NCBI GenBank assembly: GCA_014728035.1
Contig: WJMJ01000078.1
Location: 1 to 64,000, forward strand
From: Promethearchaeota archaeon
GTDB lineage: Archaea; Asgardarchaeota; Thorarchaeia; Thorarchaeales; Thorarchaeaceae
Length of the DNA: 64,000 bases
Reading direction: 5' to 3'
This document shows, one piece after another, positions 20,236 through 29,696 of the stretch (its first letter is position 1; every line of letters begins with the position of its first letter). A model generated the notes under the pieces. The model made no database searches, had not been told where the DNA came from, and worked only from the letters and a program-made list of their open reading frames with translations. A program made the translations under genes and the position numbers.

Positions 20236-21654
20236 CTATGTTTTTTTCTTTTTCTGAACTTTTTCCCGTGCAGACATGATACAGCGGTCACCCTTCCGAC
20301 CACCTAGAGGTTCATGTGGTGTACCCATGGAATTCATACATCTTGCTGCTACCGCTGCACCCATAGCAAGTCCGTCTTGAACAAACAAAACAGGATGTTC
20401 TGCCACCCATAAGGATCCATCAGCAAGATGGAGGTTTTCAGCAATAAGCAGGGGTTTTCCAGCGGATGTGATTGCTCGCCCTGTTAGACCTAGAGAGGTG
20501 TTTCGGAGAACAAGGTCATTTTCCTGAGCAACAGTAAGAATTCTCTGGAGAACTCTCAATTGAACATAATCAATTATGGTTAGTAGTCCTTTTGCTCCAG
20601 ACTCTTTGAAGATGGCACCACCAATACCCTCCAAATCCGAGAGTCTTGAGCCATTTCTTCCAACATCTACACCAATTAAAACAACGTTGGCCTCAGTTGC
20701 AGCTTGAGGATTTACAGGTACAGTTCCAAATCGGTTAGTTCCTTTAGAGAGTCGTTGAACACGAATCAACCTACTGATTTCCTCTACCCATTCAAGATTT
20801 ATTGATGCAGAAAAAGCTTGGGAGGAAGCATGTAAGTCAAGAGTGCAACCTAGTTGGGGGTCAACCTGTCCACTTCCACGAACAAGAGCGTCAGGGATAG
20901 CACCAGCAAGTCCAGCAAATGATCCAATTGTTTTTGCGTATGGATATGAGTCATCTGTTATCCTACCAGCCAGTGTAGTTCCAAAATCAAGAGTCATAAC
21001 AGGGTTTCTGAAATCAACTTGGGTGCCTTTAGATGCACCCTTGATACCAGCAGTCACGAGCTCACCCTCCATCTCATTAGCAACAATTCCTGTTTCAGCA
21101 GGAGGAAGGCAGCTTGCAATAGCTCCATCAAAATACACCCGTTTCAGCCAAGAATAATCCTGTAACCCAGGAGGTAGTTTAGCTGGATCAAGAGTAGCCA
21201 TCATTTTTTGAGGAGGAATTCCTGCATTCAGACAACCATCAGCAAGAGCCTTAATGATTCCATGAACTTCTTCAGGACTACCAAAGCTAGCAGTTACACC
21301 AGTTGAACGAACCACAAAATGAATGTCTTTTTCTATATCCAATCTTGATTTTCTTACAACATCTGAAACCATCTTTGAAATGAACTCGGTGACCGAATTA
21401 TGAGCCAATTCCACCCCAACAACAGTACTGCCAAATACAGACTCATTATCATGAGGGGGACGGATTTTTCTAGTATACTGTACTTCTTTCTCAATCTGGT
21501 AAATAATTCCAGTCTTCAAATTTGTGGTCATCAAGACACATTTTGTTGTGGTGTTTCCAAGTTCTACTGATATTACTGTATAAAAGGGTCCCATCCGCAA
21601 GGAGGTTGCACCAATTGATTGTGGCCATAGCGAATAGAAATTGTTTCCCAACAA
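20236..21654 (-). CDS. Methanogenesis marker protein 14 family
   Basis: SVELGNTTTKC, FVVRSTGV, VANEMEGELVTAGIK, DFGTTLAGR, ARCMNSMGTP..PLGG. Confidence 0.85.
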   Translation of the reverse strand: MLGNNFYSLWPQSIGATSLRMGPFYTVISVELGNTTTKCVLMTTNLKTGIIYQIEKEVQYTRKIRPPHDNESVFGSTVVGVELAHNSVTEFISKMVSDVVRKSRLDIEKDIHFVVRSTGVTASFGSPEEVHGIIKALADGCLNAGIPPQKMMATLDPAKLPPGLQDYSWLKRVYFDGAIASCLPPAETGIVANEMEGELVTAGIKGASKGTQVDFRNPVMTLDFGTTLAGRITDDSYPYAKTIGSFAGLAGAIPDALVRGSGQVDPQLGCTLDLHASSQAFSASINLEWVEEISRLIRVQRLSKGTNRFGTVPVNPQAATEANVVLIGVDVGRNGSRLSDLEGIGGAIFKESGAKGLLTIIDYVQLRVLQRILTVAQENDLVLRNTSLGLTGRAITSAGKPLLIAENLHLADGSLWVAEHPVLFVQDGLAMGAAVAARCMNSMGTPHEPLGGRKGDRCIMSAREKVQKKKKT

Positions 21655-21660
21655 AACACC

Positions 21661-22596
21661 TCAGAGAAGTTTTCTGAATGGATGAGAGTCTGAAGGTTCT
21701 ATTCCAAATTCCATCCTTGCAGATTCTGCTGCAAAGATATCAGCCATTGCAACAACAGGAAACACTCTATCAGCATTACTGATTGGTCCATAGAGAACAT
21801 AGTCTGCTCCAAGCATCTGTACAATCAAATTCGATGCAATATCACATGTCTTGTATGCTTCTTTGTTTTCTTTTTTCAGTTTCCGTAACCATGTCCAAGA
21901 TGATGGTGCATTATGAATTCCTGAGCCTGTTGGATATCCGTATATTGTCTTCACGACAAAGGTGAAAGATGCAGAAGAACCAGCTCCCGCACCCATTACA
22001 GTTGTAGCTGTGTCAACTAACGGTTTGGTTACACCAAGACGTTTTGAAAGCTTCAAAAGTCCCTCGTCAAGATTACCCGTGCCTTCATCAAGAATGGCTC
22101 GACGGCCTGCAATAGATGGATCTTGAGGATTGAATGCAAGTACAATTGCACAAGAATGTTGCATGTCAATTAAGGTATCTATTTCATCCTGAGTTATTGA
22201 AACATTAATAGAATTGTAAATCGCTTTATCAAGTAAACCAATTTCCTCAGCATGCTGAAGACCAGCTATTCGAATAGAGGCATCTGCAGAGTCAATAATG
22301 AAAGGAGCATCAGATATCTCGGTTGTGAAGTCAATGTATTTCTTCATTGCAATTTCAGACTCTGCAAATATCTGAATAATTGCTGGATTTCCAGTTAAAT
22401 CCGCCATGGTATCTTGTTGATTAATTAAATCCTCTGCACTCCGTTTATCAAACAAACCCTGTTTTGCGTCACTAACTATCTTATGTCCATTATAAAAGAT
22501 AGTACCTGCCAAGACCGTTGGATTCTCACCAAGATTTCCACCAACCTTTAACCCACCAATATCATAGATTATTTGCTCTTTTTCAAATACAAACAT
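21661..22596 (-). CDS. mtrH: Methyl-tetrahydromethanopterin methyltransferase subunit H (canonical-looking)
   Basis: GENPTVLAGTIFY.GH, IIDS, AIYNSIN, GSGIHNAPSSW, VLYGPI.NA, HPFRKLL. Confidence 0.9.
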   Translation of the reverse strand: MFVFEKEQIIYDIGGLKVGGNLGENPTVLAGTIFYNGHKIVSDAKQGLFDKRSAEDLINQQDTMADLTGNPAIIQIFAESEIAMKKYIDFTTEISDAPFIIDSADASIRIAGLQHAEEIGLLDKAIYNSINVSITQDEIDTLIDMQHSCAIVLAFNPQDPSIAGRRAILDEGTGNLDEGLLKLSKRLGVTKPLVDTATTVMGAGAGSSASFTFVVKTIYGYPTGSGIHNAPSSWTWLRKLKKENKEAYKTCDIASNLIVQMLGADYVLYGPISNADRVFPVVAMADIFAAESARMEFGIEPSDSHPFRKLL

Positions 22597-23282
22597 TAGT
22601 CTAACTCCTTTGCAACCATAATTGTTCCTGTTTCCAAGGATTGAATCTCGATACCAACCCTACTTGGATGAGTACAAGTAATAACGAGGGGATTAGAACC
22701 ACCAATAAGTGAAGTGAAAGGTTCTAATTCGATGTCATATTCTGGAACCATTGCAACACTACCCCTAAGGTGCTGGGCTCGTTTTTTAGCTGCATCACCC
22801 TTAAACTCAATCCAGATAGGAGCTTCTTGATAAGCATCAATTTTTATTTGACTTAGCTCTCGAACTTTTTCTGCAATCTTAATCGGGTCTGATACATTCA
22901 TCATATCAATAAATTCGACTTGATCTCGGAATCGTTCAATTGCTTCCATAGGAATGTTTTCGATGTAGGGAATAGCACCGGGAGCATCTATGATTTTTCG
23001 AGTGCTTGAATCCACTCCATTCTCATGAAGACATCTTATACTTGAACCAGTTAAATGTCCGGGTACTTCGGGTCCAGCAAGAATAAAGAAACGAATATTG
23101 TTGTTCGACACTATATTCACAATAACACGTTCAATCCCAATATTCTCGGTCTTACAAGTTCCAATAATAGAATATTCTGCATCAACATCTATTTTTTTTC
23201 CAAGAGTACATACTGCAATGCTACCCTCAGAATCTTTTACTTCAAAATCTCCGGGAACAGGAGGCCATTTCTTCTCACTCAT
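22596..23282 (-). CDS. mtrA: MtrA corrinoid-binding protein, soluble (no C-terminal membrane helix)
   Basis: WPPVPGDF, VCTLG, GTCKTENIGIE, EVPGHLTG (cobalt-ligand His), GAIPYIEN; GGTGA SD before ATG at 23282. Confidence 0.9.
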   Translation of the reverse strand: MSEKKWPPVPGDFEVKDSEGSIAVCTLGKKIDVDAEYSIIGTCKTENIGIERVIVNIVSNNNIRFFILAGPEVPGHLTGSSIRCLHENGVDSSTRKIIDAPGAIPYIENIPMEAIERFRDQVEFIDMMNVSDPIKIAEKVRELSQIKIDAYQEAPIWIEFKGDAAKKRAQHLRGSVAMVPEYDIELEPFTSLIGGSNPLVITCTHPSRVGIEIQSLETGTIMVAKELD

Positions 23283-23294
23283 AATGAAATTCAC

Positions 23295-24212
23295 CTAATC
23301 TATTGTGCGTGGTTCAAACAGAGTCCTATCAATTCCAAGTGCACGATTTGCCTCTGCTGTGGCTGATGCAATAGCATTACCGATAAGAGACACTGCTGCG
23401 AATACCTCTTTAGTTCGTATCATTGAACCGTACATGATACAATCAGTTGCAAACAATTGAGATGCTACTGTAGAAGCTACAACTGCAGAAAGATGAGTTG
23501 ATTCATTATCGAATCCAGGCTTTTTCAGCAGTTTCCAAGCAGACGGTGCATTATGTGGTCCTAAACATGTTGGAAGGCCTAGTTCTGACTTTATTGTAAG
23601 CATTGTACGATTCTCTAGTCCGTAACCAGCTCCAACGGGCATGGTAGCTGGGTCGACGACCATCTTGGTGATGCCCATTTCTTTGGCATCTTTGATCATC
23701 GATTCTATAGTACTCATTCTATCGGGAAGAGTAGTTGCTCTTGGAGACCACCCCAAGACCACAGCCATATCCAATTTGCTTGATCTAAGAAGCTCCTTCT
23801 CGCTATCTTTCATTGATAGATTGATAGAATTGTAAATTGCTCGGTTCTGTAGGCCTTGTTCCTCACAATATTGAATTGCGTGTTTTCTTGCCTTAGCACT
23901 TGTTGATTCAAACATGAAGGGACCATTAAAATGCTCGGCTAACCAGTCGATATGGCGTTCCATTGCGGTGGGAGTTCGTCCATAAGCTTGGATAACCAAA
24001 GGATGTCCAGTTTCTTCCACCATCGAAACTCCAACATCTACCCACTCATTCGCTAATTTTTCATCAAACAGGCCTTTCTTGGTACTCTCAACAATTGGTT
24101 GGCCCTTGAAAAAAAGTCCACCAATCAGAACTGTTGGATTCTGACCAGGTTGACCACCTATTTTAACGCCTCCGAAATCAAAGACTTGTTGTTCTTTCTT
24201 GAATACAAACAT
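23295..24212 (-). CDS. Divergent second MtrH/MtgA-family pterin methyltransferase
   Basis: KIGGQPGQNPTVL, AIYNSIN, HNAPSAW, MYG; FES replaces IDS. Confidence 0.82.
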   Translation of the reverse strand: MFVFKKEQQVFDFGGVKIGGQPGQNPTVLIGGLFFKGQPIVESTKKGLFDEKLANEWVDVGVSMVEETGHPLVIQAYGRTPTAMERHIDWLAEHFNGPFMFESTSAKARKHAIQYCEEQGLQNRAIYNSINLSMKDSEKELLRSSKLDMAVVLGWSPRATTLPDRMSTIESMIKDAKEMGITKMVVDPATMPVGAGYGLENRTMLTIKSELGLPTCLGPHNAPSAWKLLKKPGFDNESTHLSAVVASTVASQLFATDCIMYGSMIRTKEVFAAVSLIGNAIASATAEANRALGIDRTLFEPRTID

Positions 24213-24221
24213 ATACACACC

Positions 24222-25142
24222 TCATTGTGGACGTGGATAGAGATTGGATCTTTTGACTATCTCTGGCAAGCTTTCTTCCCATCCAACTGCCATGATGTGA
24301 ATTCCATCCACACCAGAAATAGTTCGAACACGTTGAACAGTTTCAATTGCGATATTGAGACCTTCTGCACGAATTGCATCTCTCTTATCTTTGCCAGACA
24401 ATCCAGCTCCAGCTGACTCTAGCCTATGAATGATTTCATCTGATATCTTGAAACCAGGAATTCGTTTATTCATGAACCGTGCCATTCTTGGGCCCTTGAG
24501 TGGAATGATGCCTGCTATTACCTTAGCCTCCACTGAACGGATGTGACCCATGAATTCCTCAAATCGTGAAACATCATAAATTGCTTGAGTTTGAAAAAAC
24601 TTAGCTCCAGCATCTTGTTTTTTAAAAACTCTCATTGCCTGCAGAGGCATGGGGTCCGCATAGGGGTTGAATGTAGACCCAAGAAAGAAACTTGGAGTTC
24701 CTTCTAAATCAGCTCCAGCCAGGTCCATTCCCGACATTAAGTGCCTTGCCAATTCAAGCGCTTGGATGGAATCGATGTCGTAGACCATCTTTGTTTGTGG
24801 ATGAGACCCGAGCAAGGTATGGTCTCCAGTAATGAATAGAACATTTTCAATTCCTAATGCGTACGCTCCATACAATTCACTTTGAAAAAGCACCCTATTT
24901 CTATCACGTGCAGACATTTGCATAATAGGCTCGATTCCCGCTTTGAGTAATAGATGTCCACAAACCATACTACTCATAGAGGGAATTCCACGCACATTAT
25001 CTGTAATATTAATTGCGTCACAGTAATCACGGATAATTGAAGCACGATGATTGACCAGACTCGAATCAGCACCATGAGGTGGAGTAATCTCACCCGTGAC
25101 TACAAACGTTTCATCCTCAAGCAGCTGACAAAGTCGTGACAG
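24222..25142 (-). CDS. metF: Methylenetetrahydrofolate reductase (MetF family); probable CTG start
   Basis: Extended N-terminus SRLCQLLEDETFVVTGEITPPHG...DAINITDN; RDRNR, ITGD, GAKFFQTQ, GIHIM; AAGGAG 9 nt before CTG at 25142. Confidence 0.88.
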   Translation of the reverse strand: MSRLCQLLEDETFVVTGEITPPHGADSSLVNHRASIIRDYCDAINITDNVRGIPSMSSMVCGHLLLKAGIEPIMQMSARDRNRVLFQSELYGAYALGIENVLFITGDHTLLGSHPQTKMVYDIDSIQALELARHLMSGMDLAGADLEGTPSFFLGSTFNPYADPMPLQAMRVFKKQDAGAKFFQTQAIYDVSRFEEFMGHIRSVEAKVIAGIIPLKGPRMARFMNKRIPGFKISDEIIHRLESAGAGLSGKDKRDAIRAEGLNIAIETVQRVRTISGVDGIHIMAVGWEESLPEIVKRSNLYPRPQ

Positions 25143-25304
25143 TTTTTTATGCTCCTTTATGCTCTACATCAGAAATCTTATCGTGCCTTATTTGCTTTAC
25201 TTGAAAAACGCCATCCTTTATTTATCCGGTTTTGACAAAAATGATTCTAATAACCAAAATCTATATCGGATTTTCTCTAACGTACTAATAAATAGGAATT
25301 GTAA

Positions 25305-25354
25305 AACAAAAAGAAAGAAAAAATGAAAGGAGTTCCCACATAGAGGAACTTCCT
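25305..25354 (-). terminator. Hairpin plus U-rich tract after the solute-binding protein gene
   Basis: AGGAGTTCC...GGAACTTCCT imperfect stem followed on the minus strand by T-rich runs. Confidence 0.5.
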
Positions 25355-25362
25355 GTTCAAAA

Positions 25363-27720
25363 TTATCGGTTTTTAATAATTGCTCCTCCAACTACAACTA
25401 TCACAAGTAATGATCCTACAACAATTATCATACTAATGCTTTCCATTGTTATCAATGGAGCCTCACCAGTCACCTCAACCATTACACTATCATAAGAAAA
25501 CTGGTTAGAAGCGTCCATAACCTCAAGTGTAAAGTTGTAAGTACCAGGATAGAGGCCATCAACATTCTTTACAATATTGTTTCCATCCCATTCGCCTTCT
25601 TCAATAACAGACCCATCAAGATAAATTTTGTACCATGATGGGGTTGAATCGCTACATATCCAATTGATAGTATGGCCAGTTTCTCCATACTCGTATGAAA
25701 TATCATTTGGTGAATTCAGACGAGGAGGAATATCAGATAATACGTGTACCAATGTAGAATGATACGATGCCAGACCATACTGGTTGAATACAATGAGAGT
25801 ATAGTTGTATTCTCCAATGGATAATCCATCAATGTCTACTGTAACTACCAAATCACTCCCAATTGGAGATGTTATGGGTATACTTTGTATCATTATTGGA
25901 ATGCTGTCTTTCAAGACCATATAAGAAAGGGGTGAAGAGTCACTACAAGTCCATTGTAAGTTATTACCAGAGGTGCCTTCTTCCAAAAAGAGCTCATCGG
26001 GGCCATCAATACTTGGAGGATCCATTGACAAGAGTCGAGGATTCTTCCAATAGAACAGATTTTGCTCTAATTCAATGAACTCACCGGCTACATATTCACT
26101 AACTTTGAAGGGTCCTGATGTCACAAAGAATCTTTCAGCTGGATTAGTTGGATCAGGATCCCATTCATTCCATACAGGGAAATCTGGGTCTGTGAAAATG
26201 TGCTTAGGTAGGATAGGTTTGTATGAGACCGTGTGCAAATACCAGAATGACTCACTACCAAACTCGACTCTAAGTGTGTAGGGATTTATCGCATATGCTG
26301 CCTCTAAATCGGCCAAGTTAGCTCCATATGGATTGCCTGGCGAATCACGATAGTAGTTCAATGAGAAGGCAACATCCTCTGCTGTAAGAGGCATACCATC
26401 TGACCATGTTGCATTCTGTATCATATTGAATGTAAACATTGTATGTCCATCAGGTACTTCGGGGTTGTCATCATGGGTCTCAGTTGTGAAGCTTTCACAG
26501 AGCCAGTTGATATCGTTGCCATCTGGACCTTGGATTAATAGACTATCCCAGAACATTTCATTAATATCATCTGCATAAGCAGAGGAGCTTGTCATGAAGT
26601 TGAAGGTGTCGATGTCTAAAGGTATACTTCGACGGAAGGTTCCACCAATCTCTTGACCAGCAGTCTTTCTGTGAACCTTATAGTTGGTCCACCATCCGGG
26701 TACACCTTCACTGACATCGTTAACAAATCCCTCGAAAACATCGATTCGATGAGCAGAGAGAATAACGTTCTCATAACAGATGATCATTGGAGACTCGAAT
26801 ACCCAAATTCTCTGCATCTCTATTGCTGCCTCATATACCTCTTCGTAAGTGGTGCCATGGAGTAGCTGATCTCTCCAACTATCATATGAGGCGTTTCTGA
26901 AGTTGGGGTAGTTCCAGTATGGTTCATCTGCGTATTCCGACCAGAACTCGTAAGCGAGCCAGTCAACGTCAAATGTGTTGAAACTATCACCAAGGAACAC
27001 CATGTCATAATCGCCATGGAAGTAAAGACGATTGAGATAATCATAGAAGTCTGTTGCGATTGAGGTAGCATCAATATCTAATGCCTGTAGAGCTTCTGCA
27101 ACTTTCTGACCACATTCAACAGCAATATCTGAAGATTGTGCACATTCTATGAGGATGTCAAAGTCGGAACCATCCGGTGCCTCTAAAACGCCATCTTCGT
27201 CTACGTCTGCAAACCCAGCCTGAGCAAGCAAAGCAGCACCTTTAGCTGTATTTGCACTGTAGTAGTTGTAAGGCAATTGCCCTTCAATTGAGAATGGGTT
27301 CACCTGGGGTACACAGGAGTCCTGAGGTGCCGATAGACCGTCCCAAACTTGGTCTGAGATTGCGTTTTTATCTAATGCAAAAGCAAGAGCTCGACGGAAG
27401 GCTGTATAGTTAAGTGGGTATTTGTCACAGTTTATTGTAAAGTACCCGTATCCATTTCGAAGAGTATTAGTGACCTCGATGTTCTCATCCCCTTCTAATT
27501 CAGAAAGGTAACTTGGGTCAACCATGTCCCCTATAATATCGATATCATTGTTTTTCAGTGCGAGGACTTGTGCGTCGTTACCTGTGATTACGTTGAAGAC
27601 TAGTTTGTCTACATAAGGTCCTAGATTGTTTTCCGTATGAGTTGTTGAAACTACAAAAGGAACAATTCCAGAAATCAGAAATAATGAGCATAGAAATAGT
27701 GTCAAATAGGTTTTCTTCAT
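25363..27720 (-). CDS. Family 5 (oligopeptide) ABC solute-binding protein, circularly permuted, with two Ig-like domains and a C-terminal TM anchor
   Basis: Signal peptide; FRRALAFALDK; WSDGMPLTAEDVAFS; TSGPFKV...NLFYW; two YNYTL/YNFTL Ig-like repeats; hydrophobic tail. Confidence 0.88.
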   Translation of the reverse strand: MKKTYLTLFLCSLFLISGIVPFVVSTTHTENNLGPYVDKLVFNVITGNDAQVLALKNNDIDIIGDMVDPSYLSELEGDENIEVTNTLRNGYGYFTINCDKYPLNYTAFRRALAFALDKNAISDQVWDGLSAPQDSCVPQVNPFSIEGQLPYNYYSANTAKGAALLAQAGFADVDEDGVLEAPDGSDFDILIECAQSSDIAVECGQKVAEALQALDIDATSIATDFYDYLNRLYFHGDYDMVFLGDSFNTFDVDWLAYEFWSEYADEPYWNYPNFRNASYDSWRDQLLHGTTYEEVYEAAIEMQRIWVFESPMIICYENVILSAHRIDVFEGFVNDVSEGVPGWWTNYKVHRKTAGQEIGGTFRRSIPLDIDTFNFMTSSSAYADDINEMFWDSLLIQGPDGNDINWLCESFTTETHDDNPEVPDGHTMFTFNMIQNATWSDGMPLTAEDVAFSLNYYRDSPGNPYGANLADLEAAYAINPYTLRVEFGSESFWYLHTVSYKPILPKHIFTDPDFPVWNEWDPDPTNPAERFFVTSGPFKVSEYVAGEFIELEQNLFYWKNPRLLSMDPPSIDGPDELFLEEGTSGNNLQWTCSDSSPLSYMVLKDSIPIMIQSIPITSPIGSDLVVTVDIDGLSIGEYNYTLIVFNQYGLASYHSTLVHVLSDIPPRLNSPNDISYEYGETGHTINWICSDSTPSWYKIYLDGSVIEEGEWDGNNIVKNVDGLYPGTYNFTLEVMDASNQFSYDSVMVEVTGEAPLITMESISMIIVVGSLLVIVVVGGAIIKNR

Positions 27721-27884
27721 AATACGCCCTCTTGATTTTCTATACGAGTAGTTGTTTATAATAAATTTAAACTCGACGGTCCTTTTTTTGTTGTTGAATA
27801 ATTAATCGTATCTAAATAATGATACTACTTTTCCAACGAGAAGTGCCAAACAGAATCATAAACTACTCAAAAATTGAACTGCAT

Positions 27885-27915
27885 AAAAATAAAAATAGGG
27901 AAGGCAGAGCCTTCC
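27885..27915 (-). terminator. Hairpin plus U-tract after the protease gene
   Basis: GGAAGGC-AGA-GCCTTCC perfect 7-bp stem followed by T-runs on the minus strand. Confidence 0.55.
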
Positions 27916-27922
27916 ACTTTGT

Positions 27923-29539
27923 TTATGCAGTTGCGCCATCTGCCTGGACGAAGCCAGCACCCTGTGCGGTTGAGCTATAACCAAGATCTACTGCAGTTGT
28001 CTGCATACGACCTTCAAGCCATGAAACGCTCTGAGTACCATGTGCTTCGAACATTAGACAGAACACGCCAGATACTTGTGGACAACTGAAGCTGGTTCCA
28101 CTGATGTAGTAATATCCACCAGCATATGGGAGAATAAGATTCTCTCCGATACCTGTTATGTCTACCTTACCTCGTGATGAGAAATCAGAGATAAATACAC
28201 CAGAGAAGTCGCCTTCAGGAATATCTGTCCAGATTCCTTCAAGGCCATAAGCATCAGTCAAACCTACATGTCCAGCTGCAGCCACTGAAGTAGTGTCTGC
28301 CAGATTGGCTGGATATGCGGTGGTATTCTCATTAGGTCCATCATTACCTGCTGAAGTTGACACAACAATACCTTCATTCTCTGCACCAGCAACAGCTGCA
28401 TCCAAATTAGAGTTGGAATTGCTGTAACCAAGTGACATCGAGATGACCATGTTGTATCCACTCAATTCATTAGCATGAAGTGAGCGAGCATAGTTGATAC
28501 AGTCTGCCCAGTTGTTGAGCATATCTGTTTCAGTTACTCTATTAGCTCCAAAACCGCCAATCCAATAGATACATCTAAGCATGACGATTTTTGCATCTTC
28601 AGCAACACCAGTGATCCAGTAGTCATTAAGCTTGTAACCAATTACGGTTCCAGTGACTGCTGTACCGTGGCCCTCATCATCGTCCTCAAAGGAGAGATTA
28701 TCATATCCTAACTCATCAGTGTAGCTACGACAATATTGAGTAAGGACATTATCCTCGGGGAAGTAGTCGCGCCATTCAGGAACAAGACCCGTATCAATTA
28801 CAACGACAACAGTGCCTGCACCAGTATAGCTGGTTTGATCAGTATCAATGACATCATTCCACCAAGGAGTCTTGTGGGTCAAGGTGTCCTTTGTCCAACC
28901 CTGTCCACTACCACTGTTATCAACAGTTGCAGTGTTAGAGTCTGAACCTGTGAGTCCTTCAGAGTCAGTAGCTTCTGCATATATTGTGTGAGATCCATCT
29001 GCATAAGCAGTGGTGTCCCAATCATAGGAGGTACCAGTGGTCACATAGACATCGTCAATGTAAATGTCAGGAGTGAGACCTGCATCCTCATCTTCAACGG
29101 TAACGGTTATTGTGTAAGTTCCACTAATGGTTGCTCCATCTGCAGGTGCTGTGATGGTTACTGTGGGTGGATTGTTTACTGTGCCGCCACCATTGCTAAC
29201 AGTTACAGTGACTGTGTCAACATTACCTGGAACTTTTGCCTCAATGACATGTTGACCATCACTATAGAGTGTGGTGTCCCAGTTGTAAGTAGATACCTTG
29301 TCGATTCTTGATCCATCTATGTAGAGTGTGGGTGTAGTAGAGGCATCAATTGTTATGGTAACAGTACCTGAAACAGTATCACCATTTACAGGACTTGTTA
29401 TTGAAACATAACGGTTTGGTGGTGCCATCAAAGCTGACTCGATGCTACCTGCATTGTCAGCAATAGCTACACTTCCCAAAAACATGGATGAAACGAAGAC
29501 GAACATGAATAATAGACCAAAGGTCTGTTTAAGCTTCAT
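27923..29539 (-). CDS. Secreted subtilisin-like S8 protease with two N-terminal Big_7-like Ig domains
   Basis: Signal peptide; triad VIDTG, GHGT, SGTSFSCP; oxyanion SAGN; duplicated WDTT..DG.H Ig repeats. Confidence 0.9.
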   Translation of the reverse strand: MKLKQTFGLLFMFVFVSSMFLGSVAIADNAGSIESALMAPPNRYVSITSPVNGDTVSGTVTITIDASTTPTLYIDGSRIDKVSTYNWDTTLYSDGQHVIEAKVPGNVDTVTVTVSNGGGTVNNPPTVTITAPADGATISGTYTITVTVEDEDAGLTPDIYIDDVYVTTGTSYDWDTTAYADGSHTIYAEATDSEGLTGSDSNTATVDNSGSGQGWTKDTLTHKTPWWNDVIDTDQTSYTGAGTVVVVIDTGLVPEWRDYFPEDNVLTQYCRSYTDELGYDNLSFEDDDEGHGTAVTGTVIGYKLNDYWITGVAEDAKIVMLRCIYWIGGFGANRVTETDMLNNWADCINYARSLHANELSGYNMVISMSLGYSNSNSNLDAAVAGAENEGIVVSTSAGNDGPNENTTAYPANLADTTSVAAAGHVGLTDAYGLEGIWTDIPEGDFSGVFISDFSSRGKVDITGIGENLILPYAGGYYYISGTSFSCPQVSGVFCLMFEAHGTQSVSWLEGRMQTTAVDLGYSSTAQGAGFVQADGATA

Positions 29540-29696
29540 TTTGAAGTGACTCCGTATTCTCTCTCAGAATCATTAACCAAATCGCTAATGACCATGAGTT
29601 TGTAGAATATTATGGGAGAATGTAACTTAACTTATAAATGTTTTGACATTTTCCCATTTGGGGGCGATAACAGGAATTATTCTAGAATCATGGTGT

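Noticed and set aside
20236-24212. Interpretation as evidence of methanogenesis
   Set aside because: No mtrB-G or mcr in the window, and MtrA lacks its membrane anchor
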